24,003 nt of DNA, taken from contig MCFH01000148.1 of the NCBI GenBank assembly GCA_002104945.1, forward strand, positions 1 through 24,003, in the 5' to 3' direction. Shown here in pieces: positions 1 to 12,876 of the stretch. The position numbers and the translations under genes were made by a program. The notes under the pieces are model-generated. The model searched no databases and was not told where the DNA came from. It saw nothing but the letters and a program-made list of their open reading frames with translations. This stretch comes from Piromyces finnis finn (taxonomy: Eukaryota; Fungi; Neocallimastigomycota). Position 1 is the first letter of the stretch; the number at the start of each line of letters is the position of its first letter.

Positions 1-406
1 CGTTGCCATCTTGTTTTCCATGTTTCTCTCTTAGAACCCTATTATGAATTCGAAGATATTAAACGCCCTTATAGTAGAAAAGAAACATACATTTGTATCC
101 CGACTTAATTCAAAAAGTACTTGAAAAAATACACTCAATGAAAAATATTAATGGAGATATATTCTATTCGGTTTCCTGGAAAGGCTTCGAGGACTCTGAT
201 CGTACCTGTATCCCTCAGAATCAGATTCCTGAAAAACAATTGATTCAAGAGTAATAAATAAAACTAATAAACAGCGTAGAAGAAAGAAGGAGGACAGAAA
301 TTCCCAAGAGGAGTTAATTAATACTCTTACAATCCATTCGTTATCGAACTTCCTTCAAAGAGTAATCCCCAACTGTCTCGCAGGAACTCGACTTAGAACG
401 GAAGAT
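1..406 (+). pseudogene. 3' end of gypsy element A pol (integrase C-terminus and chromodomain), frameshifted, ending in PPT; mirror of 7448-7852
   Basis: Translates piecewise to VFHVSLLEPYYE and SVSWKGFEDSDRTCIPQNQIPEKQLIQE. Purine-rich agaacggaagat lies immediately before TGTAAAG. Confidence 0.8.
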
Positions 407-907
407 TGTAAAGATTATTAAATAATCAATAATTTAATGATTTATTTAATAATCTTCAAGAGAAAAACTAATCTCTCAATCACAAAATTTTTATTGTGTT
501 ACGTGAACCAAAGTTATTCATCACTTATTGTAACACATAAAATTTATAATAAATAAAGTTCAAAAATTAATGAAAATCTTTTAAAGGATTTTCATAAAGA
601 TTTACATTAAAATTCTTGTCATTTAATATTGTGAAATTAAATTATTATATTTAAGATTCTTAAGGATAGTTTATATTGAATAGCAATATAAATAAAATAG
701 TTACATATATTATAATGTAATCGCAAAAAAATATAAATAGTTCGAAATTTCATGTAAATTTAAATAGTTGTAATTGTTATTGACTATTAAGTAGTTAATA
801 ACATTTTAATAAAAAATAATAAAACTATAAATTAATAAAGTGTCCTTTAAAAAAGAAATTTAGTATTATTGAAGTTTTGTTTAATCTAGTGTTTACAAAA
901 CTTTACA
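407..907 (+). mobile_element. 3' LTR, family A (mirror copy of 6942-7447)
   Basis: Starts TGTAAAG right after the PPT and ends CTTTACA (7-bp terminal inverted repeat). The 3' end resembles that of LTR family B. The right boundary is inferred. Confidence 0.65.
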
Positions 908-1103
908 TTCACTGAATCAAAATTTTAAAGGTGAACTTTAAAGGTGTTTTAAAATAATTATGAAATTATTAATTATAATTATTATATTTAACTAATTATA
1001 GATATTATCTGAATTTGTTTTAAATCCAGTTAATATCTTCACATAATAATTTTATTATGTGAAATATTAATACATGTAATAAAATTATTACATTTACAAT
1101 ACT

Positions 1104-1585
1104 TGTAAGAAATATTTGTAGCCATAAGTTTGCCCCCAAATATTCAATTGAAACCATATATTCTGGTTAACATTTATGGCCAGAATTATGCATAACCATA
1201 TATTAATGGTTATTAATTAAATAGAAAGTTTATTTTCCTTACCCAATCAAGTGGTAAAGGAAATAAACTAATATAGTTAAATAGTATAGTGGAAACAAAT
1301 GCTAAATATTTAGCATTAGTATTAAAGTAAATTAATAACTATAATAATAATTAATGTACAATAATTATAACTAATAAATAAAAGATATAATTAAAATAGT
1401 TATTTAAGTAAATTTATTTCACAATAATATTTATTTGTTTATATTTATTTTGTGTTATAACATTTATTTTAGTTCTTTTATTATTTTTTATAAAACTTTA
1501 TTTAGTTATTAACTCGTATAGAGAGTTAATAACTAACTTAACTTATTTATTAACTTATTAACTAATTTATAATAAACCTTTTACA
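1104..1585 (-). repeat. Dispersed ~480-bp repeat D with TGTAA...TTACA ends (solo-LTR-like); mirror of 6260-6744
   Basis: Reverse complement of 6260-6744 and homologous to about 12943-13421. Confidence 0.6.
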
Positions 1586-2150
1586 ATTGTAGTAATTTTA
1601 TTGTAATATTTATGACAAATAATACAATACAATTACTTATTGATAACTCAATATTAAAATTTAATATTAAATTATATGTATATAGAAGGAAAATAATAAA
1701 AATTAAATATGAAATTAAGACTAGAACTTAACGAGTTTATTATAAGGATATATGATAAACAACAAAAAACACAAATGGGAAGAAGGACGAGAATGAAATG
1801 TAAATATAAGAATTATGTTTATTAATAATATGATTTTTTAATACTAAACTTAAAATGTCATTCTTTACTATATCTTGAAATTTTTTTTCTTCACCACATT
1901 CTACAGGATTTATAAAAAATCAATAAACTTAATAGGATTAATAGATTTTGTGAAATCGAATTTCAAATTATTGTAGGCATCATAATATCCATTAATCCAT
2001 ATATTAAATTCTGACATAAATAAAGGAAATGCTGTTAAACATAACATTTTTCATCTGGAACAATAAAATTAACTTGACTCGTAAATGTCTCACCACTCGA
2101 CATACTTTTAGATTTTTGTAAAGCGTATTCAGCTGAAGTATCTATGGCAG

Positions 2151-2863
2151 TGTAAAATTTTTATAAATGTAAAACAGATTATAAAATTTTTTACAATAAA
2201 ACAACAACACAAAAAAAGAAAAAAACAAGAAAAAAATTATTTAAAAAAAATATCTCTTTTTATTAATTTTACTTAGTTATTAACTAAATAATAGTCAATA
2301 ACAATTACATTGTTTTAATCAAGAAATTTTACATGTATTTATATTTTTTGTAAATTATATTTTAATATACTATTTATTTAGTTATACATATATTCAATAT
2401 AAAATAAACAAAACTAATTTAATACTAATTTAATTAAATAATAAAATGAATAAACTAAACTAAAACTAATTAAATACACTTTTGATTCAATTTGAGTGAA
2501 TTGCAAATTGAATACAGTCCATGTATTACCTATATATTAATTAAATATTAATAATACTATTATTATATATTTAAATTAAAAATGCTAATTTAAAATACGC
2601 TAAAGTTATTAAACTAATTTTAATTAAATAAAACTTTTAAAATTTAATTTGAATATTAAAATATTTAAATTTAATTATCCATTAATTAAATATTTATCCA
2701 AATTCCATTTCTAATTTTGATATTTTAAAATTAATCTTTATTTAATTATTCCATAAAATTTATACAATAATTTATAAACAATTTTCATTAAAATAATCAA
2801 AATTATTATTCAATAATTATATATTATATTTAAATAATTTAAAGATATACTTTTATCTTTACA
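2151..2863 (-). mobile_element. 3' LTR, family B (mirror of 4969-5691)
   Basis: TG...CA ends, adjacent PPT at about 2864-2874, homologous to the solo LTR at 20488-21190. Confidence 0.85.
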
Positions 2864-3949
2864 ACTCGCCCTTTAAGTCGGGCTCCTGCGAGATTATTTC
2901 TTTGAAGGAATATCAATTACAAAATGGTTGATATCTGTGTCTGATCATACCATTGTTATTCCTTGTATAAACTTGATCTTGACTTTCTTTTCTAGACTTT
3001 TTGTTTTTTCTATAAAATTCTTGGATCAATTGTACATCTGAAATTTGATCTTCCGGGATCCAAGTATTTTCGTCAAGATTTTTCCATGTCATCAAGAAAG
3101 ATTTCTTTCCATGACAATTTCTTTCTTGAATAATCTATCAGGAATCCTATCAATAGTATCAGTAGTTAACTTAATATTTTTTCTTTTATTTATTACTGAT
3201 CATTATAAATTCATTTTCGTTATAAGGTTCTAATAACGAAACATGAAAAACAGGGTGACAACGTAAATGTTTGGTAACTTTAATTCAAATGCTAAAGACT
3301 TACCTTCTTGATTATTTCAAATGGTCCAAGCATTTGATCAGCGAGCTTTCTTTAATATTTTTTGTTGGAAGGATTAATACCTTTTAATAACCAAACTTTT
3401 TACCAACTTCGAAACTTGGGGATTCCATTCTTTTTTGGTCAGCATACTTTTTGTAGGTTCTTTTGCTTGATCAAGATTTTCTTTTAAAAATTTAATGTTT
3501 TCATTAATATCCAAAATTCTTTGTTCAGCTCTATTTGGTCTATTTGCTGAAGGAATTTCAGGATTGAATTTTGGATTGAACCCATAATTAGCGAAAAACA
3601 GAGATTGATTGATTGATTGCTGTAAAGTATTGTTATATAAGCAAATTCAGCAAAAAGGTAACAAATCAACCCAGTTATTCTGTTTTCGTTAATAAAACAA
3701 CGGAGATATTGTTCCAATATCCCGTTCACCCTCTCCGTTTGACCATCAGTTTCAGGATGGTTTGCAGTAGAAAAAGCAAGTTTAATATTTAACAAATTAC
3801 ATAAGCGATTCCAAAAGTCTGAAGTAAATTGAGTACCTCGATCAGAAATGATGGAATCAGGAAAACCATGTAATTTAAAGATATTGTTAACAAAACATCA
3901 GCTGCTATAGAAGCAGTAGGCAGACATCTAAAGGAATAAATGAGCCATT
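2864..3949 (-). pseudogene. Gypsy element B integrase core and chromodomain, frameshifted, truncated at the fold-back centre
   Basis: ORF 3484-3795 contains STANHPETDGQTERVNGILEQYLRCF. ORF 2913-3095 contains the chromodomain-like MTWKNLDENTWIPEDQISDVQLIQEF. Confidence 0.9.
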
Positions 3950-4968
3950 TTTTGTTAACAATATCTTTAAATTACATGGTTCCTGATCATCATTCTGATC
4001 GAGTACTCAATTTACTTCAGACTTTTGGAATCGTTTATGTAATTTGTTAAATATTAAACTTGCTTTTTCTACTGCAAACCATCCTGAAACTGATGGTCAA
4101 ACGGAGAGGGTGAACGGGATATTGGAACAATATCTCCGTTGTTTATTAACGAAAAACAGAATAACTGGGTTGATTTGTTACCTTTTTGCTGAATTTGCTT
4201 ATAACAATACTTTACAGCAATCAATCAATCAATCTCTGTTTTTCGCTAATTATGGGTTCAATCCAAAATTCAATCCTGAAATCCTTCAGCAAATAGACCA
4301 AATAGAGCTGAACAAAGAATTTTGGATATTAATGAAAACATTAAATTTTTAAAAGAAAACTTGATCAAGCAAAAGAAACCTACAAAAAGTATGCTGACCA
4401 AAAAGAATGGAATCCCCAAGTTTCGAAGTTGGTAAAAAGTTGGTTATTAAAAGGTATTAATCCTTCCAACAAAAATATTAAAAGAAAGCTCGCTGATCAA
4501 ATGCTTGGACCATTTGAAATAATCAAGAAGGTAAGTCCTTTAGCATTTGAATTAAAGTTACCAAACAATTTACGTGTCACCCTGTTTTTCATGTTTCGTT
4601 ATTAGAACCTTATAACGAAAATGAATTTATAAATAGATCAGTAATAAATAAAAGAAAAAATATTAAGTTAACTACTGATACTATTGATAGGATTCCTGAT
4701 AAGATTATTCAAGAAAGAAATTGTCATGGAAAGAAATCTTTCTTGATGACATGGAAAAATCTTGACGAAAATACTTGATCCCGGAAGATCAAATTTCAGA
4801 TGTACAAATGATCCAAGAATTTATAGAAAAAACAAAAAGTCTAGAAAAGAAATCAAGATCAAGTTTATACAAGGAATAACAATGGTATGATCAGACACAG
4901 ATATCAACCATTTGTAATTGATATTCCTTCAAAGAATAATCTCGCAGGACCCGACTTAAGGGCGAGAT
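3950..4968 (+). pseudogene. Mirror copy of element B integrase/chromodomain with PPT
   Basis: ORF 4044-4352 is the integrase core. aagggcgagat precedes TGTAAAGAT at 4969. Confidence 0.9.
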
Positions 4969-5691
4969 TGTAAAGATATAAAGTATATCTTTAAATTATT
5001 TAATAATAATTAATAATTATTGAATAATAATTTTGATATTTTAATGAAAAATTGTTTATAAAATTTATGTATAAATTTTATGGAATAATTAAATAAAGAT
5101 TAATTTTAAAATATCAAAATTAGAAATGGAATTTGGATAAATATTTAAATTAATGGATAATTAAATTTAAATATTTTAAATATTCAAATTAAATTTTAAA
5201 AAGTTTTTATTAATTAAAATTAGTTTAATAACTTTAGCGTAGTTTTAAATTAGCATTTTTAATTATAAATATATAATAAATAGTATTATTAATATTTAAT
5301 TAATATATAGGTAATACATGGACTGTATTCAATTTGCAATTCACTCAAATTGAATCAAAAGTGTATTTAATTAGTTTTAGTTTAGTTATTCATTTTATTA
5401 TTTAATTAAATTAGTATTAAATTAGTTTTGTTTATTTTATATTGAATATATGTATAACTAAATAAAATAGTATATTAAAATATAATTTACAAAAAATATA
5501 AATACATGTAAAATTTCTTGATTAAAACAATGTAATTGTTATTGACTATTATTTAGTTAATAACTAAGTAAAATTAATAAAAAGAGATATTTTTTTTAAA
5601 TAATTTATTTTCTTGTTTTTTTCTTTATTTTGTGTTGTTGTTTTATTGTAAAAAATTTTATAATCTGTTTTACATTTATAAAAATTTTACA
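4969..5691 (+). mobile_element. 3' LTR, family B
   Basis: TGTAAAGAT...AATTTTACA. Both ends align with the TSD-defined solo LTR at 20488-21190. Confidence 0.85.
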
Positions 5692-5965
5692 CTGCCATAG
5701 ATACTTCAGCTGAATACGCTTTACAAAAATCTAAAAGTATGTCGAGTGGTGAGACATTTACGAGTCAAGTTAATTTTATTGTTCCAGATGAAAAATGTTA
5801 TAGTTTAACAGCATTTCCTTTATTTATGTCAGAATTTAATATATGGATTAATGGATATTATGATGCCTACAATAATTTGAAATTCGATTTCACAAAATCT
5901 ATTAATCCTATTAAGTTTATTGATTTTTTATAAATCCTGTAGAATGTGGTGAAGAAAAAAAATTT
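5692..5965 (+). pseudogene. Coding fragment cut by LTR B, possibly a DDE (IS4-like) transposase remnant; mirror at about 1885-2150
   Basis: Open frame AIDTSAEYALQKSKS-MSSGETF...WINGYYDAYNNLKFDF begins at the LTR edge. The family guess comes from motif resemblance only. Confidence 0.3.
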
Positions 5966-6259
5966 CAAGATATAGTAAAGAATGACATTTTAAGTTTAGT
6001 ATTAAAAATCATATTATTAATAAAACATAATTCTTATATTATACATTTCATTCTCGTCCTTCTTCCCATTTGTGTTTTTTGTTGTTTATCATATATCCTT
6101 ATAATAAACTCGTTAAGTTCTAGTCTTAATTTCATATTTAATTTTTTATTATTTTCCTTCTATATACATATAATTTAATATTAAATTTTAATATTGAGTT
6201 ATCAATAAGTAATTGTATTGTATTATTTGTCATAAATATTACAATAAAATTACTACAAT

Positions 6260-6744
6260 TGTAAAAGGTTTATTATAAATTAGTTAATAAGTTAATAAAT
6301 AAGTTAAGTTAGTTATTAACTCTCTATACGAGTTAATAACTAAATAAAGTTTATAAAAAATAATAAAAGAACTAAAATAAATGTTATAACACAAAAATAA
6401 ATATAAACAAATAAATATTATTGTGAAATAAATTTACTTAAATAACTATTTTAATTATATCTTTTATTTATTAGTTATAATTATTGTACATTAATTATTA
6501 TTATAGTTATTAATTTACTTTAATACTAATGCTAAAGTATTTAGCATTTGTTTCCACTATACTATTTAACTATATTAGTTTATTTCCTTTACCACTTGAT
6601 TGGGTAAGGAAAATAAACTTTCTATTTAATTAATAACCATTAATATATGGTTATGCATAATTCTGGCCAATAAATGTTAACCAGAATATATGGTTTCAAT
6701 TGAAATATTTGGGGGCAAACTTATGGCTACAAATATTTCTTACA
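6260..6744 (+). repeat. Repeat D (solo-LTR-like)
   Basis: TGTAAAAGG...TTTCTTACA. Homology with the 12943-13421 copy stops exactly after TTACA. Confidence 0.65.
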
Positions 6745-6941
6745 AGTATTGTAATGTAATAATTTTATTACATGTATTAATATTTCACATAATAAAATTA
6801 TTATGTGAAGATATTAACTGGATTTAAAACAAATTCAGATAATATCTATAATTAGTTAAATATAATAATTATAATTAAATAATTTCAATAATTATTTTAA
6901 AACACCTTTAAAGTTCACCTTTAAAATTTTGATTCAGTGAA

Positions 6942-7447
6942 TGTAAAGTTTTGTAAAACACTAGATTAAACAAAACTTCAATAATACTAAATTTCTTTTT
7001 TAAAGACACTTTATTCTAATTTATAGTTTTATTATTTTTTATTAAAATGTTATTAACTACTTAATAGTCAATAACAATTACAACTATTTAAATTTACATG
7101 AAATTTCGAACTATTTATATTTTTTGCGATTACATTATAATATATGTAACTATTTTATTTATATTGCTATTCAATATAAAACTATCCTTAAGAATCTTAA
7201 AATATAATAATTTAATTTCACAATATTAAATGACAAGAATTTTAATGTAAATCTTTATGAAAATCCTTTAAAAGATTTTCATTAATTTTTTGAACTTTAT
7301 TTATTATAAATTTTATGTGTTACAATAAGTGATGAATAACTTTGGTTCACGTAACACAATAAAAATTTTTGTGATTGAGAGATTAGTTTTTCTCTTGAAG
7401 ATTATTAAATAAATCATTAAATTATTGATTATTTAATAATCTTTACA
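6942..7447 (-). mobile_element. 3' LTR of gypsy element A
   Basis: Follows the PPT at about 7448-7459 on the minus strand; TGTAAAG/CTTTACA termini. Confidence 0.65.
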
Positions 7448-10400
7448 ATCTTCCGTTCTAAGTCGAGTTCCTGCGAGACAGTTGGGGATTACTCTTTGAA
7501 GGAAGTTCGATAACGAATGGATTGTAAGAGTATTTAATTAACTCCTCTTGGGAATTTCTGTCCCCTTCTTTCTTCTACGCTGTTTATTAGTTTTATTTAT
7601 ATACTCTTGAATCAATTGTTTTTCAGGAATCTGATTCTGAGGGATACAGGTACGATCAGAGTCCTCGAAGCCTTTCCAGGAAACCGAATAGAATTATCTC
7701 CATTAATATTTTTCATTGAGTGTTTTTTTCAAGTACTTTTTGATTAAGTCGGGATACAAATGTATGTTTCTTTTTCTACTATAAGGGCGTTTAATATCTT
7801 CGAATTCATAATAGGGTTCTAAGAGAGAAACATGGAAAACAAGATGGCAACGCATAGTTTTAAGTAATTTCAATTTAAAGGAGACTGTACTGATTGATCA
7901 ATGATTCAAATGGTCCAATAAGTTGTTGAGAAAGTTTTTCTTAATACCAGAATTTGTAGATCTTTTCGAAGATAAACTTTGTTACCAATTTTGAAGCAGG
8001 AGGAATGATCTTCTTTTATCAGCATATTTTTTATAAGTTTCTTTAGCTTTATTCAAGTTAGTTTGGTGTAGCTTATATTCTTGTTTATGTCAATAACCTT
8101 TGCTCAACTGAACTAGGATTATCGTTTGAAGGAATAGTTGGATTAAATTTAAGGTGAAATCTGAAATTTGCGAAAAATGGTGATTGTTTCGTAGACTGTT
8201 GTAATGTATTGTTGTATGAAAATTCGGCGAAAGGTAATATATCTACCCAGTTGTTTGCTTTGAATTTATAAAGCAGCGAAGGTATTGTTCCATATTGCAT
8301 TCACCCTCTCCGTTGACCGTCGTTTGAGGATGGTTGGACGGAGAATGGTTAATATCAAGAAGACCACAAAGTCTATTCCAAAATTCAGACGTAAATTGTG
8401 AACACAATGGAATTGGGAAAACCATGAAGTTTGAAAACATGAGTAATGAAAGCGTCGGCAGCGATAGAAGATGTGGGAAGACATCGAAGGGCGATAAATG
8501 AGCCATTTTAGTAAGATGATCAACAACAACCATAATAGTAGTCATATCATGAGATTTGGTAATTCCACGATAAAGTCATTGAGATATCAGACCAAGGTCG
8601 AGATGGTGTATGAAGTGGCATAAGCAGGCCATAAGGTTATGTTTTGGGACTTTTTTTAGAATAAACAACACAAGAGCGAACAAATTTATAAACATCAGAA
8701 TTCAAAGAGGGCCAATAGAAGGAACGTTTGATTAACTCAATAGTCTTGTTGATACCAAAGTGTCCAGCAGTAATGGAATTATGGTGAAGTTTGAGAATGC
8801 GTAGCGAAGTGTCAGAGGAACATACAAAAGTCTTTGTACCAAAAGAGACCAGTATCATCACAGAGACGAAAGGCAGATATATCCTTGCAAGGGGATGAGC
8901 CATACCATTAGTTAGAACTGAGTAACTTTATTATAGAAAGAATCATTAGAAAGTTCATTTTTAATATCTTCGACATGAGAGGAGTTACAAGAGTCATAAG
9001 TAGAAGAATTTTAAACAGAAAAACCATAATCACTGTCCAGAATTATTAGTATTGTTCTGACTTTCGATCATGGCAGGACGACGAGATAGAAGATCAGGTT
9101 TACCAGATTTTTTTCCTGGACGATAGATAAGGTTAAAATTAAATCTTGACAAAAAACATATTCCAGCGGAATTTGTCGTTGCGAGAGCATTTCAGGTTTT
9201 CTAGGAAAAGTGAGGTTCTTGTGATCGGTAAAAATAGTGAATTGGTGGCGAGCACCTTCAATGTAATGACCCATTCCTCAAGTGCAGTCTTAATAGCTAA
9301 GAGTTCCTTATCATAAATAGGATAATTCTTTGAGGTCCGGTAAGACTTTAGAGAGAACGCAATAGGATGAAGTTTACCATCAAATTCTTGAGAAAGTATT
9401 GCACCGAAGCATAATTACTAGCATCAGTTTCAACAATAAATTGTTATTACTATCCGCATGTTTCAGAATAGGAGCTGACATGAACAGAGTTTTTAATAAA
9501 ATAAAAGCGTCCTGATCTTCTTTCATCCAGTTAAAAGCACATTCTTTCTAGTGAGTTTGTGAAGAGGATTTGCAATTTTAGCAAAGTCTTTAATAAAAAT
9601 TCTGTAATAGTTACATAAACAAATAAAAGACTGAACCTCCTTAACATTCTTGGGAACAGACCAATCGAGAATTGCTTTAACTTTATTTCGTCCATTTGCA
9701 ACCCATCTTTTGAAATGACATATCCAGAAAAGTGGTTTCTCAACATCAAACTCACATTTTTCTAATTTAACATAAAGATTATTTTCAAGCAGTTTCTTAA
9801 ATACTTTTTAACATGTTCATGATGTTCTTCGATATTATTAGAATAAATAAGAATATCATCAATATATGAGATAATAAAATCATCTAAATAGTCACTAAGA
9901 ACATCGTTAACGAAGTGTTGAAAAGGTTGTAGGTGCATTCTTTAATCCAAAAGGCATAACCAGATATTCAAAATGTCCATATCTAGTACAAAAAAGCCGT
10001 TTTGTATTCGTCACCTTCTTTATACGAACAAGATTATAAGCGGATTTAAGGTCTAATTTGGTGAAAATCTTAGCATTTTTCACCCTATCCAAAAGGTCAC
10101 TAATTAAAGATAAAGGATATGAATTACGATTGTAATATCATTCAACCTTCTATAATACAAAGTCTTAATGAACCGTCTTTCTTTTTAACAAACAAAATTG
10201 GGGCACCAGCAGGAGACGATGATTTCCTAATAAAACCTTTATTTAAATTATCATCAATATATTTTTTAAGTTCCTCTCTTTCAACTTCAGTTAATGGATA
10301 CAAAGGTCCATAAAATAAAGTTGAATCATCCTTAGCTTGATTTCACAATCATAAGGTCTATGAGGAGGCAACACTTCACAATTTATTTCGTTAAACTCTT

Positions 10401-11143
10401 CACTAGATTCTGAATATTGGGTTGGTACGGCGACCAATTTATCTTTATTAATATTTTTATCATTATTATTACATTCGTTATCACTATTACATGTTTCATT
10501 AATTTTGTTACGGTACATTTGACTTTTTTTATTAAAACTAATATATCATCATCGCTATCATCTTCATCATTAATGGTTCTAACAAGGCGCCTTTAACATA
10601 TTCTTTTTCTTCATTGTTGGGGAGGGTATCTACTTTCGACTTTTTGGTTAAGCTTCGGTCGAGAACATCATGATCTAACTGATCATTCTTCTTTCTTGAT
10701 TTCTCTTTCTTTTCCCATGATTACAGTGTCTGGCGCAGTATCCCGATCCCGAACTAAAATTGATTTTCTTGGAATCATAAAAAGCCCAGGATTGTGTTTT
10801 TAATCCATGGTAATCCCAAGAATTACATCGACACCAGGAACTTTCAAACTATATAATTGAATGGTTCAAAATGATTTCTACACCTTAACATGCACTTTTC
10901 ACTTCTTTCCATTATAAGAGAAATCCCATTATTAACTCCTGAACTCGGAAAGGTTCAATAGTTTCAAATTAATTCCAATTTCTTTAGCAAGTTTCAGGAT
11001 TAATAAACTTAATTCAGAGCCCGAACAACTAAAACTCTAACTTTAACTTCCGGAATATCATTTGTACTTAAATAAAAATCAATAATATTTAAATCTTTTT
11101 TGTTACCCATGACTCCCACTTTATAAATCCTTGGATTAACAAC
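7448..11143 (-). mobile_element. Chromoviral Ty3/gypsy element A internal region: degenerate protease-RT-RNase H-integrase-chromodomain; gag and 5' LTR absent
   Basis: Protease LV[D]SGSEL (~11010, 1-nt deletion) and DVILGLPW (~10810); [11 protein letters not shown]; [34 protein letters not shown] and YIDD; RNase H ETDASNY and FTDHKNL; integrase H2C2 region GHFGINKT...YWP. Many frameshifts. Confidence 0.93.
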
Positions 11144-11417
11144 TCACTCCTTCTCTTTGATGTTTCTCGTCTTGCAATATCTTATATTGGATTGGGCAGA
11201 ACCAAAACATCTCTCCAAGTGGGCACCATAAAGTCTTGGATAAATTCTTTGAATTTTCATATTGTACAAACACATGATAATGTTTTTGTGCCTGTCCAAT
11301 ATGTTCCGTAACCAAAAGATATCTCATCCCAGTAAGAGATTTAAGATAAGTCTTAATATCTTGATAGAATTCTAATGCGATAGGATTTAAAGTTAAAATA
11401 AAATTTTTATAACCCAT
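11143..11417 (-). pseudogene. rep: Rep HUH endonuclease fragment of EVE1
   Basis: MGYKNFILTLNP (motif I) and KHYHVFVQY (motif II). Relative to Rep2, 5-nt and 7-nt deletions put AHLERCFGSAQSNIRYCK (motif III) out of frame. Truncated at the gypsy junction. Confidence 0.9.
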
Positions 11418-11438
11418 AATTTCCATCCGATATGATAG

Positions 11439-12830
11439 ATGTCAGCTGTTGTAGCGGATATTGGCCGAAAAGCAGCACCATATATTAATCAAGCTATAAG
11501 AAAATACGCTAAAGAACAGATTGTTAACGCTAAATATAAATTAGAACAAAAGTATAAACAGACTCAGATTGACAAAGCTTATAAGCAAGATAAGCCAATG
11601 GCTAAAAAAGCTAAGACTAAAAGTAAGCACACGAAAGTTAAGGGCAAAAAGTACAAATCCCGTGGGTTTAAGGTTCGTAGAAGAAGATTTAAAGGAAGAG
11701 CAATTAATGTTAAGGAGGATAGAGAAGGGTATTCAAAGACCTTTAAAAAACAAAAGGTCACTAAACAACAACAACGAAAGATTAACCGAAGATTTAAGAA
11801 CGGATATTCACCGTTCAAAGAGTGTATTGAAGACGCCTTTCAAGAAACCATTCTTCAAGTTACAGGAAAATGCAAATGGATCTGGAGATGTCACAATCAC
11901 CTGGAATATTTAAGTAAGACCTTTGCTAACTGGCCTTGTTATTCAGGTAACCCAGGTACAATCCCAACATATGCTAAACAAGATAAGTATTTAACATCAC
12001 CTAATCAAGAAGTATACTTTTCACAATTTAAGCATACTTATGAAATATATAACCCGACTAATTATGATATGAATCTTGTTATATATGATATTGTTGCTAA
12101 ACAAGATAGTACAGATAGTGTTGTTAATGCTAATTATAATTATTATAATGATCCAGCTAATTCAGCACATCGTAATCCTATTAGATGTATAGAGTTAGGG
12201 TTAAGTGCGGGTAATGGTCAGTATACAGCCTATGAAAGCAGCACTACACAGTATCCTATTGTAGCAGATAGTACAGCTAAAGAACTCCATGATATTACTC
12301 TTGGACCTACAGAAAGTTACCCCTTCAATATATATTGGACTATAGTTAAAAAGAGAACATTCAAATTACAACCTGGTGCGACCATGGTACATAAATTTAT
12401 TCATAAACCAAAGGCTCTGGTTAGTAGAGGATATTGGGGGTATAGATATGGTAAGGATATGAAAATGGGTGATGGAGATAGTCGTAGAGCTATCAAAGAT
12501 ATCACCTCTGGATGTTTATTTAAGTATTGGGGTCAAGTCTCTGGTTCAGCCTATTCCACTGGTTCAGGACCTACAGGAGATGGTCAGTATGTTAATATGA
12601 CACAAATGCATGACCAAGTAACCACTTTAAGTGGTCGTATTATGTTCAAAGAATATATAGAAAATAAATGGTATTTTATGAATGAAAGATATACATTTAC
12701 CTTTAAAACAGATCTTAACACATATAAACCTTCTGATGAAGAAGACCTACCTGTTGTTAATGATGCAGAAGTTAAACCATCAACTGATGCTGATGGAACA
12801 GGTATGGACACAGATAATCCAGTTAATTAA
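11439..12830 (+). CDS. cap: CRESS-DNA virus capsid protein, 463 aa, intact
   Basis: K/R-rich N-terminal arm. Conserved blocks shared with 17645-19114 (YEIYNPTNYDMNLVIYDI, YPFNxYW, LQPGAT, WGQVSG, TLSGRIM). Ambisense to rep. Capsid identity is inferred from context, not from a database search. Confidence 0.85.
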   Translation: MSAVVADIGRKAAPYINQAIRKYAKEQIVNAKYKLEQKYKQTQIDKAYKQDKPMAKKAKTKSKHTKVKGKKYKSRGFKVRRRRFKGRAINVKEDREGYSKTFKKQKVTKQQQRKINRRFKNGYSPFKECIEDAFQETILQVTGKCKWIWRCHNHLEYLSKTFANWPCYSGNPGTIPTYAKQDKYLTSPNQEVYFSQFKHTYEIYNPTNYDMNLVIYDIVAKQDSTDSVVNANYNYYNDPANSAHRNPIRCIELGLSAGNGQYTAYESSTTQYPIVADSTAKELHDITLGPTESYPFNIYWTIVKKRTFKLQPGATMVHKFIHKPKALVSRGYWGYRYGKDMKMGDGDSRRAIKDITSGCLFKYWGQVSGSAYSTGSGPTGDGQYVNMTQMHDQVTTLSGRIMFKEYIENKWYFMNERYTFTFKTDLNTYKPSDEEDLPVVNDAEVKPSTDADGTGMDTDNPVN

Positions 12831-12876
12831 ACACATGTAAATATAAAACAATAAATAAATAAAAGATATGGGTGTA

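Larger units (their letters stand above)
1..7852. repeat. Large fold-back inverted repeat; arms about 1-3895 and 3950-7852, 54-nt spacer; may extend left of the window
   Basis: The first ~52 nt are the reverse complement of 7801-7852. The match continues inward to caaaa(3891-3895)/ttttg(3950-3954). Arm differences seen are mostly 1-nt indels. Confidence 0.97.

Noticed and set aside
3896-3949. Sequencing hairpin adapter at the palindrome centre
   Set aside because: The loop translates as integrase (KMAHF...LPTASIAAD on the minus strand).
10119-10313. Short ORFs antisense to retroelement pol (also 3045-3233, 22548-22733)
   Set aside because: Shadows of pol or LTR sequence.
11579-11818. Hydrophobic antisense ORFs in cap (also 12584-12811, 17773-18006, 17936-18232)
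   Set aside because: Expected shadows of A-rich K/R codons, with no independent evidence.
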